A DNA stretch of 64,000 bases from an uncultured delta proteobacterium (GTDB lineage: Bacteria; Desulfobacterota; Binatia; UBA9968). The stretch covers positions 1 through 64,000 of the forward strand of contig CAVSHR010000014.1 of the NCBI GenBank assembly GCA_963727625.1, read 5' to 3'. Of the stretch, positions 17,600-27,544 are shown in pieces. Each line of letters begins with the position of its first letter. Within the stretch, counting starts at the first letter, position 1. The notes under the pieces are model-generated. The model was given only the letters and a program-made list of their open reading frames with translations. It did not search any database and was not told where the DNA came from. A program made the translations under genes and the position numbers.

Positions 17600-18070
17600 A
17601 TGGCTAAGAGGGTTAAGAAAAAACTGCGGCGTATCGCCGTGCGCAATTCGCCGATCCATGGCCGCGGCGTTTTTGCACTCACACGTATCCCCAAGGGCAC
17701 GCGCATCATCGAATACAAGGGCGAGCTGATTTCCGACGCCGAAGCGGACCGGCGTTACAGCCGCATTCATGAGAATTCGCCGCACACGATGCTGTTCTCG
17801 GTGGACGGCGGCCTGGTCATCGACGCCACCCGGCGCGGCAACTCGGCGCGCTGGATCAATCATTCCTGCGCGCCCAACTGTGAAATCGAAGAGGAGGGCG
17901 CGCGTATCTTCATCGAAGCGCGCCGCAATATCCAACCGGGAGATGAGTTGGCGTACGATTACAACCTGCAGATCGGCGAGCGCCATACCAAAGCGGCCAA
18001 GCGGGAACACGCCTGCTTCTGCGGCGCGCGCCGCTGCCGCGGCACCATGCTCGGTGAAGAAGAAGAGTAA
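17600..18070 (+). CDS. SET domain lysine methyltransferase
   Basis: SPIHGRGVFA, ARWINHSCAPNC, ELAYDY, post-SET CFCGARRCRG. Confidence 0.95.
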   Translation: MAKRVKKKLRRIAVRNSPIHGRGVFALTRIPKGTRIIEYKGELISDAEADRRYSRIHENSPHTMLFSVDGGLVIDATRRGNSARWINHSCAPNCEIEEEGARIFIEARRNIQPGDELAYDYNLQIGERHTKAAKREHACFCGARRCRGTMLGEEEE

Positions 18071-18095
18071 ATCGCCGGGCGGAGCGGGCGCCGGT

Positions 18096-19115
18096 TTAGC
18101 GGTAAAGGTTATCGCGAGCCAGGCCGTTGTTGAACCATTGAAGGTAGGCGTGAAGCTTGTTTTCCAATCGCGCTTGAACCGCCGGGTTGTCGGTTGGCGC
18201 TGCGCCGAGGTCGCCCATCCAAAACAAACGGCCCGGTTCGTTCATGCGTGATTCCAGGTAATACCGATCCGCAGTAATCCAGAAATTGCCCGCTTTTTGT
18301 CCCAAGGCGATACCCGGGTACGACGCATCGAAAATGGTGTGACCGAAGGGCAAGGCTGGGGCGGCAATTGTCGCTTGAGCTCATCATCGGTTGGAAAGTA
18401 GCGGAGCGGCGTCAGGCTGGAGGCGTTGCATTTGGGTTGACTGTTGATCAGCGTGTAAGTGGAGTTCAACGCCAGTTGGGCGAGGCATTCCTTATCGCTC
18501 ACTTGGGCGAACGCGGCGGTGAGACGCCGGCGCTGCCAGCCGCCCCGGCCGCCGATGACCGCGAGCGCTACCACGACGAGTAAAATTACGCTCTCGCGAA
18601 TCCAGACGGCCGCTTGTCGCTGTGGCTTCGGCGTTACAGGGATCGCATTGCGGTTTTGGAAGAATTTATAGATTGTCAAAGCGAACAGGACTGAGATTGC
18701 CGCAAGGTACCAATAAAGGTCAACTGGCCGATCTGGATCGGAATATCCGCGCCCAGATCGAGCAAGCTCAGTGACGAACGCTGACCGGTAAATTTAAGAT
18801 ACTCGTAACCGGCGATGTCAAAGATCAAAAACGGCACGTTGGTCAGCAAGAAAATAAACTTGAGAAAACGCTGAAACGGATTTTTCTCGATGAAAGCGAG
18901 CGGCAGCATCGACAAAACGATAAAGGGCTGTTGATCCGGAAGAGTGCCGCGATATCAAATCGGAGCCCGACGCCGAAGGCGAGCAAAATCTGCTGCAGCG
19001 GTATTTGCTGATAGCTGTGAAAATTAAATGCGAGGAAGAGCAGACGGGAAAAGGTATAAAGGAGGCAAAGCAATCCCAGCCGGGATAACAGAAGTTTCAA
19101 TTTTTCGCTGAACAT
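18096..19115 (-). pseudogene. LTA synthase/sulfatase family membrane protein, fragmented with a large internal deletion
   Basis: GLRFDIA, DIAGYEYLKFTGQR, IGGRGGWQRR, then jumps to PFGHTIFD...NNGLARDNLYR; most of the catalytic domain is absent. Confidence 0.7.
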
Positions 19116-19353
19116 AGGGTTTCCTGGCCGCGCACATGCCCGCTCTCGGACGGGCGTTAAGCCACTAAACTCGTATTTAGAAATTGCGAAATCAAAGCGC
19201 CGGGAGTGTTGTGCTCGCGGCTGTCCACGCTCGGACCCGGCGGTGGAACTATTTTGCATAGCGTAGTAGGTATGGCTTCAATCCGAAACGCCGTATCGTG
19301 AATTAAAAGGAAACTCAAGATATTTATTTCGTGAACGGTTAGGTTGGGCGATT

Positions 19354-20571
19354 ATGGAAGCACCGGCGGAAATTCATTGGAACGGGTACTCGCGGCGCGA
19401 GCGCGACTGGCGCTGGCAACGCGTGCGCGACAACGCAGCCAAAGCCGGTTTCGACGCCATCTTCGTGCCGCTCTGCGTCGATGGACGAAATTTACATCTG
19501 TCGCTGGAACAGGCGCGCGGCACGCGCTCGGATTGCCGCTTTTTAACCCAGCTGGAAAACGCCGCGGTGATCCTGCCCACCGACGGGCGCGAGCCGATCA
19601 TCGTTTCGGATCAAGAGTCGGGTAACGACTGGGTGACGGAGCTTCGCCCGGTGGAAAATTCCTGGGGCGAAAGCATGGCGCAATCGTTGATCGATGCCGG
19701 GCTGGAGCGCGGGCGCATCGGCGTGTCGGGTATCCGGCGCGGATTTTACACCCATGGCCGGGCTTTCCATGGTGTGGTCAATCACAGCTCCTACGTCGAA
19801 GTGCTGCGCCGTTTGCCCAATGCCCGCTTCGAAAACGCCACGGAAGTCATCGGTCGCGCCCGCTATGTCAAGAGCGCCGAGCAGATCGCCTGTCTGCGCC
19901 GCGGTGCGGCGATCGCCGCCGCCGGCATCGACAAGATGGTCGAGCTGGCGCGTCCGGGCGTGGACGAAGGGCTGCTCTATACACGCGTCATGCAGCGCAT
20001 GGTCGGGCTCGGCAGCGAGTACTATCCGATGGCGTTTTACAGCGGATTACACGGCGGCGGAAGGTTGCCGCGCTTCGAAGATCCGACCGAAGACCGCACG
20101 CTGCAACCGATGTACCGGATCGCCAACGAAGTCGACGCCGTGTTCGGCGGCTTGATCGCGCAGGAACAGCAGCCGATTTATCTCGGCGCCATTCCCGATG
20201 CGTGGAAGCAGGCCATCGAGCTGCAGCGCGAGATGTATTACGCCGCCTTGGAGCAATTGACGCCCGGCCGGCCGTTCGGCGAATTCATGGATCTGATTAA
20301 CGGTTTCGGCGCCAAGCGCGGCATGAAAAGCCAGCTACTCATGCATGGGCGCGGTTACGGCGACGACGGGCCGCTGTTCACGCCGCAGAATCAAGGCGCG
20401 CGCAACCGCGAGTTGCTGATCGAAAAAGATTGCGTCTTCATCGTCAAACCGATCGCGCACAGCGCGGACGGAACATTCGACACCAGTTGGGGTGGCTGCG
20501 TGCTGGTGACCGAATCGGGCGGCGAACCGCTGGTCAAGCGTACGCCGGGAATGGTTGCGATTATTTCGTAG
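19354..20571 (+). CDS. M24 (Xaa-Pro peptidase/creatinase-like) protein
   Basis: Creatinase-like N-domain, RYVKSAEQI, MHGRGYG. Confidence 0.8.
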   Translation: MEAPAEIHWNGYSRRERDWRWQRVRDNAAKAGFDAIFVPLCVDGRNLHLSLEQARGTRSDCRFLTQLENAAVILPTDGREPIIVSDQESGNDWVTELRPVENSWGESMAQSLIDAGLERGRIGVSGIRRGFYTHGRAFHGVVNHSSYVEVLRRLPNARFENATEVIGRARYVKSAEQIACLRRGAAIAAAGIDKMVELARPGVDEGLLYTRVMQRMVGLGSEYYPMAFYSGLHGGGRLPRFEDPTEDRTLQPMYRIANEVDAVFGGLIAQEQQPIYLGAIPDAWKQAIELQREMYYAALEQLTPGRPFGEFMDLINGFGAKRGMKSQLLMHGRGYGDDGPLFTPQNQGARNRELLIEKDCVFIVKPIAHSADGTFDTSWGGCVLVTESGGEPLVKRTPGMVAIIS

Positions 20572-20688
20572 ATCACGCTTAGAGTCTAGCGTCTCGGGTC
20601 TCGAGCTCACAAAATCGGTAGCAGCTGCAGATTCTTCAAATAAGTTCTAAACCCTGGACTCTGGGGGCGAGACGAAGGAGACATTTCG

Positions 20689-21873
20689 ATGCCTTGGACG
20701 ACACCGCCGGGAGCCGGCGCGACGGTTCATATCTGGAACGGCTATTCGCTGGCGGAGCGCGAGCGGCGCTGGCAGGCGGTTCGCGCCCATGCCGCCAGAG
20801 CTGGCGTCAACTGCATTTTGGTCCCGCTCGGTAACGGTATCGACGGTCGCTACATGACGCAGCTGCGCTGTTCGGCGATGGTGTTGCCGACCGACGGGCG
20901 GGCGCCGATCGTGATCGCCGACCGGCGGTCGAGCAATGCCTGGGTGCCCGAGCCCTGGCAGACCGGCCGCGAATGGGCCGAGCCGATGGCTGAAGCGCTG
21001 CTTGATCTCGGCATGGCGCGGGCGCGGGTCGGCGTCGCCGGCTTGAAGGGCGGCGCGGTGACGCACTGCAGCTCCATCGACGGCGTGGTGAATCACACCG
21101 CGCTCGTGCATGTCATGAGCAAATTGCCCGATGCGGCCTTCGAAGACGCTACCGACGCGGTTGGCTTCGCCCGTTTCGTCAAAAGCGGGGAGGAAATTGC
21201 CTTCGTGCGCCGCTCGGCGCAGGTCGCGGCCGCCGGTCTCGATGAGTTGATCAAGCTGGCACGGCCGGGTGCGGATGGGGGCAAGTTATACGCAGACGTG
21301 CTGGCGCGCCTGCTCGAGCTGCGCAGCGAATATTTTCCGCTGAATCTCACCATCGATCCGATTGGCACGGAGAAACCAAAACGGCACGGCAATCCGCCGC
21401 TTGGACGGCGGTTGGAGACCGACGCGCTGATCGCCAGTGAAATAAACGCCATCCTGGGCGCCCAGCTCACTCAGGTCAGCCAGCCGATCCTACTCGGGAA
21501 AATTCCCGACTCATGGAAGCCGGTGATCGAGCTGCATCGTGCGGTTTATGAGGCCGGGCTGGCGATGATCAAGCCGGGAACCAGTTTTCGCGTTTTGAGC
21601 GATTTCGTCAACGGCTTCGGCGCCAAGCGCGGCATGAAGACGGTCGCTCGGCTGCAAGGCTGCGGTTATGGCGACGATGGCCCGCTGCTTCCGTCGCGCG
21701 CCGGACGGCTCGGCGATCTCCGGATTGAACCAGGCAACGCTTTTATCTGGAGGCCGTCCGCGTTGTCGGCCGATGGAAAAATTCAATTTAGTTTCGGCGG
21801 CCCGGTGTTGGTGAGCGAGCAAGGCTGCGAGAATTTATTTCCGCGCGAGCACGGAATGGTATCGATTACCTGA
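20689..21873 (+). CDS. M24 family protein, tandem paralogue
   Basis: HIWNGYSLAERERRW, RFVKSGEEI; clearly similar to the upstream gene. Confidence 0.8.
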   Translation: MPWTTPPGAGATVHIWNGYSLAERERRWQAVRAHAARAGVNCILVPLGNGIDGRYMTQLRCSAMVLPTDGRAPIVIADRRSSNAWVPEPWQTGREWAEPMAEALLDLGMARARVGVAGLKGGAVTHCSSIDGVVNHTALVHVMSKLPDAAFEDATDAVGFARFVKSGEEIAFVRRSAQVAAAGLDELIKLARPGADGGKLYADVLARLLELRSEYFPLNLTIDPIGTEKPKRHGNPPLGRRLETDALIASEINAILGAQLTQVSQPILLGKIPDSWKPVIELHRAVYEAGLAMIKPGTSFRVLSDFVNGFGAKRGMKTVARLQGCGYGDDGPLLPSRAGRLGDLRIEPGNAFIWRPSALSADGKIQFSFGGPVLVSEQGCENLFPREHGMVSIT

Positions 21874-22006
21874 TGGGATGAAGCGGGGACGTGATCACCA
21901 GGCATTTGACAAAAATTGTTTTTACATTCCTCTCGTTCGTTTAAAATTACAACTCGCTTTCTGGTTTCGAATGTTTGAGACGCTTTCCGACGCTGGGTTT
22001 GTCTGT

Positions 22007-22546
22007 TTAAAATGTTTTGACTCCTTCTGGCGGCCTGACATCGAACAGCCTGATGACGGTACCAATAGTGATGTAGTGGCCGAGCAGGCCGACGGCTTCG
22101 ACAAGCCTTGCCCGGCCGAATTCGCTCTCCATGCGCGCGAACAACTCATCCGGGAGCGTATGGTCATGCATCAGCGTGCGAGTGAACTCGACGAGCAACC
22201 GCTCTCGGCCGGTGAATTTGTCGGCCGGGGCTTTCGCGCGCAAGGCCTCGATGACTTCCGGCGCGATGCCGATGTTATGGGCGCGGATCTCGTGGCGCGA
22301 CCAGGCGTAGCGCGCGTCGACTTCCCGCGCAGCGGTCAAAATGATGATCTCGCGGTCGGCGTCGGGCAGCAAAGAGCTGGTGCGAAAGTAGTCCTCGGTC
22401 GCCGCGAAGTGCTGCGCCATGGCCGGCGAATGCAGCAACATCGAATAAGGGCCGCCACCGCCGCTGCGCGCGGCGTTGATATGGTCCCAAATCTCTTGAT
22501 GCTCGGGCGAGAGATCTTCGCGTCTGGCGCGCGGAATTCGGCTCAT
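22007..22546 (-). CDS. Carboxymuconolactone decarboxylase (CMD/AhpD-like) protein
   Basis: GPYSMLLHSP, REIIILTAAR...YAWSRH. Confidence 0.85.
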   Translation of the reverse strand: MSRIPRARREDLSPEHQEIWDHINAARSGGGGPYSMLLHSPAMAQHFAATEDYFRTSSLLPDADREIIILTAAREVDARYAWSRHEIRAHNIGIAPEVIEALRAKAPADKFTGRERLLVEFTRTLMHDHTLPDELFARMESEFGRARLVEAVGLLGHYITIGTVIRLFDVRPPEGVKTF

Positions 22547-22555
22547 AGTTCCTCC

Positions 22556-23494
22556 TCAGCTCGCTTTGATCGATAGGCCCATCAGCTTCAGCGCGGCGCG
22601 GCCGGCGATGCCGTAAGGGTTGCCAAAAGTTTCCTGCATCTCGAAGTGGTTGAAGCCTTCGCCGATGATCAGGTCCACCGGCTTGCCCGCGGCTTTTACA
22701 GCCGCCGCGAAATCGCGGCTCTGCCTCTGAAACTCGGGTGTCTCTTGCGTGCCATAGGCGACGATGATCGGCGCGTTCAACTTATCAAGGCGGCGCTGCG
22801 CGCTGAGCACTTGCTCGATCTCGTCGGTGAATTTTACATACTCACTGCGCTTGGAAAGTCTGACCGGTTTCAAATCGTACATGCCGCTGACCAATAAGCC
22901 GCCTTTGATGGCGTTTGGCGCCAGGCCGAAGTCTTTCCAGTCGGTCACCAGAGTGCAACCGGCGAGATGAGCGCCCGAGGAATGACCGGAAATATAGATG
23001 CGCTCGGAGTCGCCGCCGAAGCCCGCGGCGTTTTTACACACCCAGGCTACCGCGCGGCGCACCTGCTCGACCATCGGCATCAGACTGCCGTCCGCGTTTT
23101 GCACCTGAATAAAATCCGGGACAACGAAGTGCGCGCCGGCGTCGAGAATCATTTCCGCGGGAAAGGCAAACTCCTTGGCGAGACCGTTACGCCAGGCGCC
23201 GCCGTGGATAAAAATGAGGATCGGCGCATTGGCGCGACGGGTCTTATAAATATCGAGCTTTTCGACTTCGGTGGGGCCGTAGGCGGCGCGTTGGGGCGGG
23301 CCGAGCCGCTTCAGCGCCGCCTCGCTGGCGAGCCGGCGCCGATTGCCGACCAATTGTTGGTTGGGCGCATAGACGCTCTGGTCGTAGGCGTCGTCGAGCT
23401 CTTTCTGATCCATGTCGAGCCAGACCAAGGGGCCTTTGAGGCGCTGCGTTACCGGCCCCGGCCCGTTCTGATCTATTTCGAGTTTGCGTGCCAT
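22556..23494 (-). CDS. Alpha/beta hydrolase, arylformamidase-like
   Basis: FIHGGAW, GHSSG, GMYDL, NHFE. Confidence 0.9.
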   Translation of the reverse strand: MARKLEIDQNGPGPVTQRLKGPLVWLDMDQKELDDAYDQSVYAPNQQLVGNRRRLASEAALKRLGPPQRAAYGPTEVEKLDIYKTRRANAPILIFIHGGAWRNGLAKEFAFPAEMILDAGAHFVVPDFIQVQNADGSLMPMVEQVRRAVAWVCKNAAGFGGDSERIYISGHSSGAHLAGCTLVTDWKDFGLAPNAIKGGLLVSGMYDLKPVRLSKRSEYVKFTDEIEQVLSAQRRLDKLNAPIIVAYGTQETPEFQRQSRDFAAAVKAAGKPVDLIIGEGFNHFEMQETFGNPYGIAGRAALKLMGLSIKAS

Positions 23495-23809
23495 TATCGC
23501 TCCCGCTTTATGTAGTTCAAGGTTGAAACTGCAGGCCAAAGACGGCCCGTATTGACTAAGACAAATTTGACCTGACGGACCTCGTACTCAGTTCCTGCTC
23601 CGACTTTTTAATGATCCCCATCGTTGGGGTCTAAATAGAGCGAATGATGAGTTCGGGTCAAGGGGAAAACAGCGCGAGAATTCGTCTCCAGCTGATGAAT
23701 GGCTGACTTGAACGGCTGGAACCCATTTCACGGCGACAGCGGCGCCTGTTGACAGAAAACCGGAATTTAGTAGTAATCAAAAAATCTCTGCTTCTTGAAG
23801 AGGAATAGC

Positions 23810-25564
23810 ATGGCGCAGCGCAAGATTTTCCGTCTTGTTCTGATCAAGCCGTCGCACTACGATAATAACGGCTACGTGATCCAGTGGGTGCGGTCAGCGA
23901 TTCCCTCCAATTCCCTCGCGTCATTATACGCACTTGCTGCAAATTGCGCGGCGCGTAAGGTGTTGGGCCCGGACGTTGACATCGAGATTGAGGCCTATGA
24001 CGAGACCAATACTCGTATTAGGTCTTCGCGCATCGCCCGGCGCGTACTCGCGGCTGATGGGGGCATGGTGGGTTTGGTCGGAGTGCAATCGAACCAATTC
24101 CCGCGCGCCGTCGACATCGCCCGGCCGCTTCGAGCCGCAGGCATTCCTGTGGTTATCGGTGGTTTCCACGTTAGCGGCTGTCTGGTCATGCTTCCCGAGC
24201 TCCCCGCCGACATTAAGGACGCAACGGCCATGGGCATTACGATTTTCGCCGGCGAGGCGGAGGGCCGGCTCGATAACCTGTTGAAAGATGCCTGGGCGAA
24301 TCAACTAAAACCGATTTACAATCATATGGACGACCTGCCGGCTTTAGAAGGCTCTGTCTATCCAATTTTGCCGTCTCGGGCAGTGGCGCGGACGGCAGGT
24401 TCCGTTACGAGCTTCGACGCCGGACGGGGCTGCCCATTTCAGTGTTCCTTTTGCACGATTATCAACGTACAGGGCCGCAAAACACGGCACCGTGCCGCGG
24501 ATGACGTGGAGCGGATTATACGCGCCAACTTGGCCAATGGCGTGAATAGTTTTTTCATTACCGACGACAACTTTGCGCGCAATCGCAATTGGGAAGCGAT
24601 ATTCGACCGCATGATAGAGCTGCGCATTCGGAAAGGACTTGTTTTCACTTTCATAATGCAGGTCGATACGATGTGTCATAAGATTCCGAACTTCATTGAG
24701 AAGGCAGCCAAGGCAGGCTGCCACAGGGTCTTCATCGGTCTGGAAAATATCAATCCGGATAATTTGCTAGCAGCGAAGAAAAAGCAGAATCGCATCACCG
24801 AGTACCGCACCATGCTGCAACGCTGGAAGGCGGTGCGCGTGGTGACCTATTGTGGTTACATTCTCGGTTTTCCGGCGGACCGGCCCGATCGAATCCTGCG
24901 TGACATCGAGATCATAAAAAATGAACTGCCGGTCGACCTCTTGGAGTTCTTTTGCCTGACGCCGCTCCCGGGTTCCGAGGATCACAAGAAACTCTCGGCC
25001 CTAGGCAGCTGGATGGACCCAGACATGAACAAGTATGACCTGGAACATGTCACGACGGGTCACGCCCAAATGTCTCATGAAGAATGGCAGGGTATCTATC
25101 ACCGCGCCTGGGAGGCTTACTATACGCCGGAGCATATCAATCGAATTATGCGGCGTGCCGCCGCCTGCGGTATGAGCCCAGGTTACGTGATGTTTTACTG
25201 TCTGTGGTTCTATGGCTGCAAAACACTCGAAGGCATCCATCCTCTGGAAGGCGGTTACCTCAGGCGCATGTACCGACGCGACCGCCGTCCGGGATTACCG
25301 AGGGAATGGCCGGTGCTGTTTCACGCGAAATACGTAAGACATCTCTGGCGCGCGAATTGGGGAATCATTTCCCTGCTGCGCCGCTTTAACCGGGTGCGCA
25401 AAGAGATCAAAGCCGATCCCAATCGCCGCGCCTATAGAGACGTCGCTCTGGCGCCAGTGGAAGAGACCAATGCCGAGTCCCTGGAACTGTTCACCGTAAC
25501 CGATTCGGCAAAGGCTGCGCTGAAAAAAAGCCGAAGCGCCCAGCCTGGCGCCGTGATTATATAA
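23810..25564 (+). CDS. B12-binding radical SAM protein
   Basis: VVIGGFH cobalamin domain, GRGCPFQCSFC, FFITDDNF. Confidence 0.9.
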   Translation: MAQRKIFRLVLIKPSHYDNNGYVIQWVRSAIPSNSLASLYALAANCAARKVLGPDVDIEIEAYDETNTRIRSSRIARRVLAADGGMVGLVGVQSNQFPRAVDIARPLRAAGIPVVIGGFHVSGCLVMLPELPADIKDATAMGITIFAGEAEGRLDNLLKDAWANQLKPIYNHMDDLPALEGSVYPILPSRAVARTAGSVTSFDAGRGCPFQCSFCTIINVQGRKTRHRAADDVERIIRANLANGVNSFFITDDNFARNRNWEAIFDRMIELRIRKGLVFTFIMQVDTMCHKIPNFIEKAAKAGCHRVFIGLENINPDNLLAAKKKQNRITEYRTMLQRWKAVRVVTYCGYILGFPADRPDRILRDIEIIKNELPVDLLEFFCLTPLPGSEDHKKLSALGSWMDPDMNKYDLEHVTTGHAQMSHEEWQGIYHRAWEAYYTPEHINRIMRRAAACGMSPGYVMFYCLWFYGCKTLEGIHPLEGGYLRRMYRRDRRPGLPREWPVLFHAKYVRHLWRANWGIISLLRRFNRVRKEIKADPNRRAYRDVALAPVEETNAESLELFTVTDSAKAALKKSRSAQPGAVII

Positions 25565-25647
25565 TTAGGGCTTGTTCTAGCCCTTCGATGAGAGTTTCAT
25601 CGCGATCCTGCTTCGCTTACCGATGCCTGAGGTCTCCCAGCTGTTTT

Positions 25648-26712
25648 TCAGTTGATGCCATAGAACCGCTTGGCGTTTTGGCCGAGGATCGCTTGTTTGT
25701 CGGCTTGGCTGAGGTCTTCGCGGCGGAGCACATGCTCGATTTCGCCGCGACAGGATTTTGCGTCGAAGCTTTCATGGGGAAAATCCGTGGCGAAGACAAA
25801 GGACTCGTTGCCCGCTTCTTTGACGGCATAACCGAGTCCGTGGTCGTCGCCGTCAAAACCGACGAAGATCCTGCCGGCTTTCATGTGGCGCCTGCAATAT
25901 TCGCTGGCCGCCACGTCCGGCTGCGCGCTCGATAAAAACTCACCATTGATGTCGACCTGCAGATGGTGCGGATAGGAGCGGTCGAGACGATCCATGAAAA
26001 ACGGCACCCAGGTCGCGCCGCCTTCGAGAAAACCGACGCGCAATTTGGGAAATCGATCGAACACGCCGTAAGACAGCATCGCGGCGGCTTGAGCCATGAT
26101 GCCGAACGGATGGCCGAGCGCGTGGACCGGATAGTAAACGCCGATGCTGTCCATGCCGAGATGATGCAGCGCGCCGACGTGGACGGCCAACGGCACATTG
26201 AGTTTTTCGGCCTCGGCATAAATCGGCCAATAGATCTTCGAGCCGTAGTGGCCTTTGATGCCTTCGCCGTTGGACGGTAGCATAGCGCCGGCCATGCCGA
26301 GTTGTTTTACTGCGCGGTTAAGCTCCGCCACCGCGGCGTCGGCATCTTGAATCGGGATCAGCGCCATACCTTTGATGCGCGGGCTGACCCTGGTGAATTT
26401 CTCGTAGAGCCAATTATTATAAGCGCGGCAGGCGGCAATGGCCCAATCCTCGGAGATGATTCTGCCCACGGCTAGACCCGCCGTCGGATACACCACCGTC
26501 CAGTCGATTCCCGTTTCGTCCAAGAAATTCACCCACTCCTTCGGTCCGACGTTGCCGGTACGCGAGCGTTTCTCGCCGCCTTCTAAAAAATGGAAGTGGA
26601 TGTGATCGAAGGCCGGGAACACTTCCGTGCGGTTGCCCGGTGGCATGTACCCGGAAATTTCTTCCATGCAAGGCCGGTCGTTAACATGGCCGTCGGCATC
26701 GATGATCTGCAT
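25648..26712 (-). CDS. Amidohydrolase_2 family protein
   Basis: IDADGH, RAYNNWL, FLEGG, FATDFPH. Confidence 0.9.
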   Translation of the reverse strand: MQIIDADGHVNDRPCMEEISGYMPPGNRTEVFPAFDHIHFHFLEGGEKRSRTGNVGPKEWVNFLDETGIDWTVVYPTAGLAVGRIISEDWAIAACRAYNNWLYEKFTRVSPRIKGMALIPIQDADAAVAELNRAVKQLGMAGAMLPSNGEGIKGHYGSKIYWPIYAEAEKLNVPLAVHVGALHHLGMDSIGVYYPVHALGHPFGIMAQAAAMLSYGVFDRFPKLRVGFLEGGATWVPFFMDRLDRSYPHHLQVDINGEFLSSAQPDVAASEYCRRHMKAGRIFVGFDGDDHGLGYAVKEAGNESFVFATDFPHESFDAKSCRGEIEHVLRREDLSQADKQAILGQNAKRFYGIN

Positions 26713-27073
26713 GCGGTAACTTCCTTTCACGATTGACTGAGACGGCTATAACAAGGGCGCTTCAGGGCTGTCAATGATCGGATCGTCTAGCGCCTCGTAT
26801 CGATGTCTCGCGATCACCGAAAAAGTCGCATCGTGTGAGGGGCTGTTGCGCGGAACGGAGGATTAAGCTGACAGCATGGAGATCCTCACCCTGAGCGGCG
26901 AATTTGCCAACCGAGAAGGGCGGCTGCCGCCGCTTGCGGAGACCGGAAAAATTTCAGGACGTGCGAATAGAAGTATTGCAGACGAAAGCGTTCGGGGAGA
27001 AAAAGCAAGGGTTCGGCAAAATCTTTTTACGTTGAACGCTTGCGCAACCGTACGGCGCGATTGGAAGATCTCG

Positions 27074-27352
27074 TCACCAACGAAAGAGAACGATCGGGTT
27101 CAGCACTTTTGCCTGCCGTTTCCTGGCGGCGTCATCTTTACGAGCCTTCTCTTCAGGCGTCGCGTCCTTTTGCGCCGCTGCCGCGAGCTCCTGGACGTAC
27201 TTATCGAAGTCTTGCTGCGCTTGAGAAGGAACCGGGTCCAGCTCGATGCGTAAACGACGCTCGTCGCGCTCAAAATTTTTCAATTCAAACGGCGAAACCG
27301 GGATAGTCTTGAGGCTAAAAAACAGCGCAAATATGAAAAGGCCGTATTGCAT
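27074..27352 (-). CDS. Small hypothetical exported protein
   Basis: Hydrophobic N-terminus; ends LNPIVLFRW. Confidence 0.5.
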   Translation of the reverse strand: MQYGLFIFALFFSLKTIPVSPFELKNFERDERRLRIELDPVPSQAQQDFDKYVQELAAAAQKDATPEEKARKDDAARKRQAKVLNPIVLFRW

Positions 27353-27544
27353 AGTTTTCCCCCCGCGCATTAAAACTGCAAAGCGCAGGCCAGCCGGAAG
27401 TCGCGGGAATTGCGGGTTTTACGGATTCCTCGCCGGACCGGAGCAAGAGAACTTCCTACACGAAGAGCGGGTAATTTTTACGCGATGGAAAAATCGGCGG
27501 TTCTCCTCGCATGCGCAGATTCGCGGATTGCGCGGAGTGAATAT

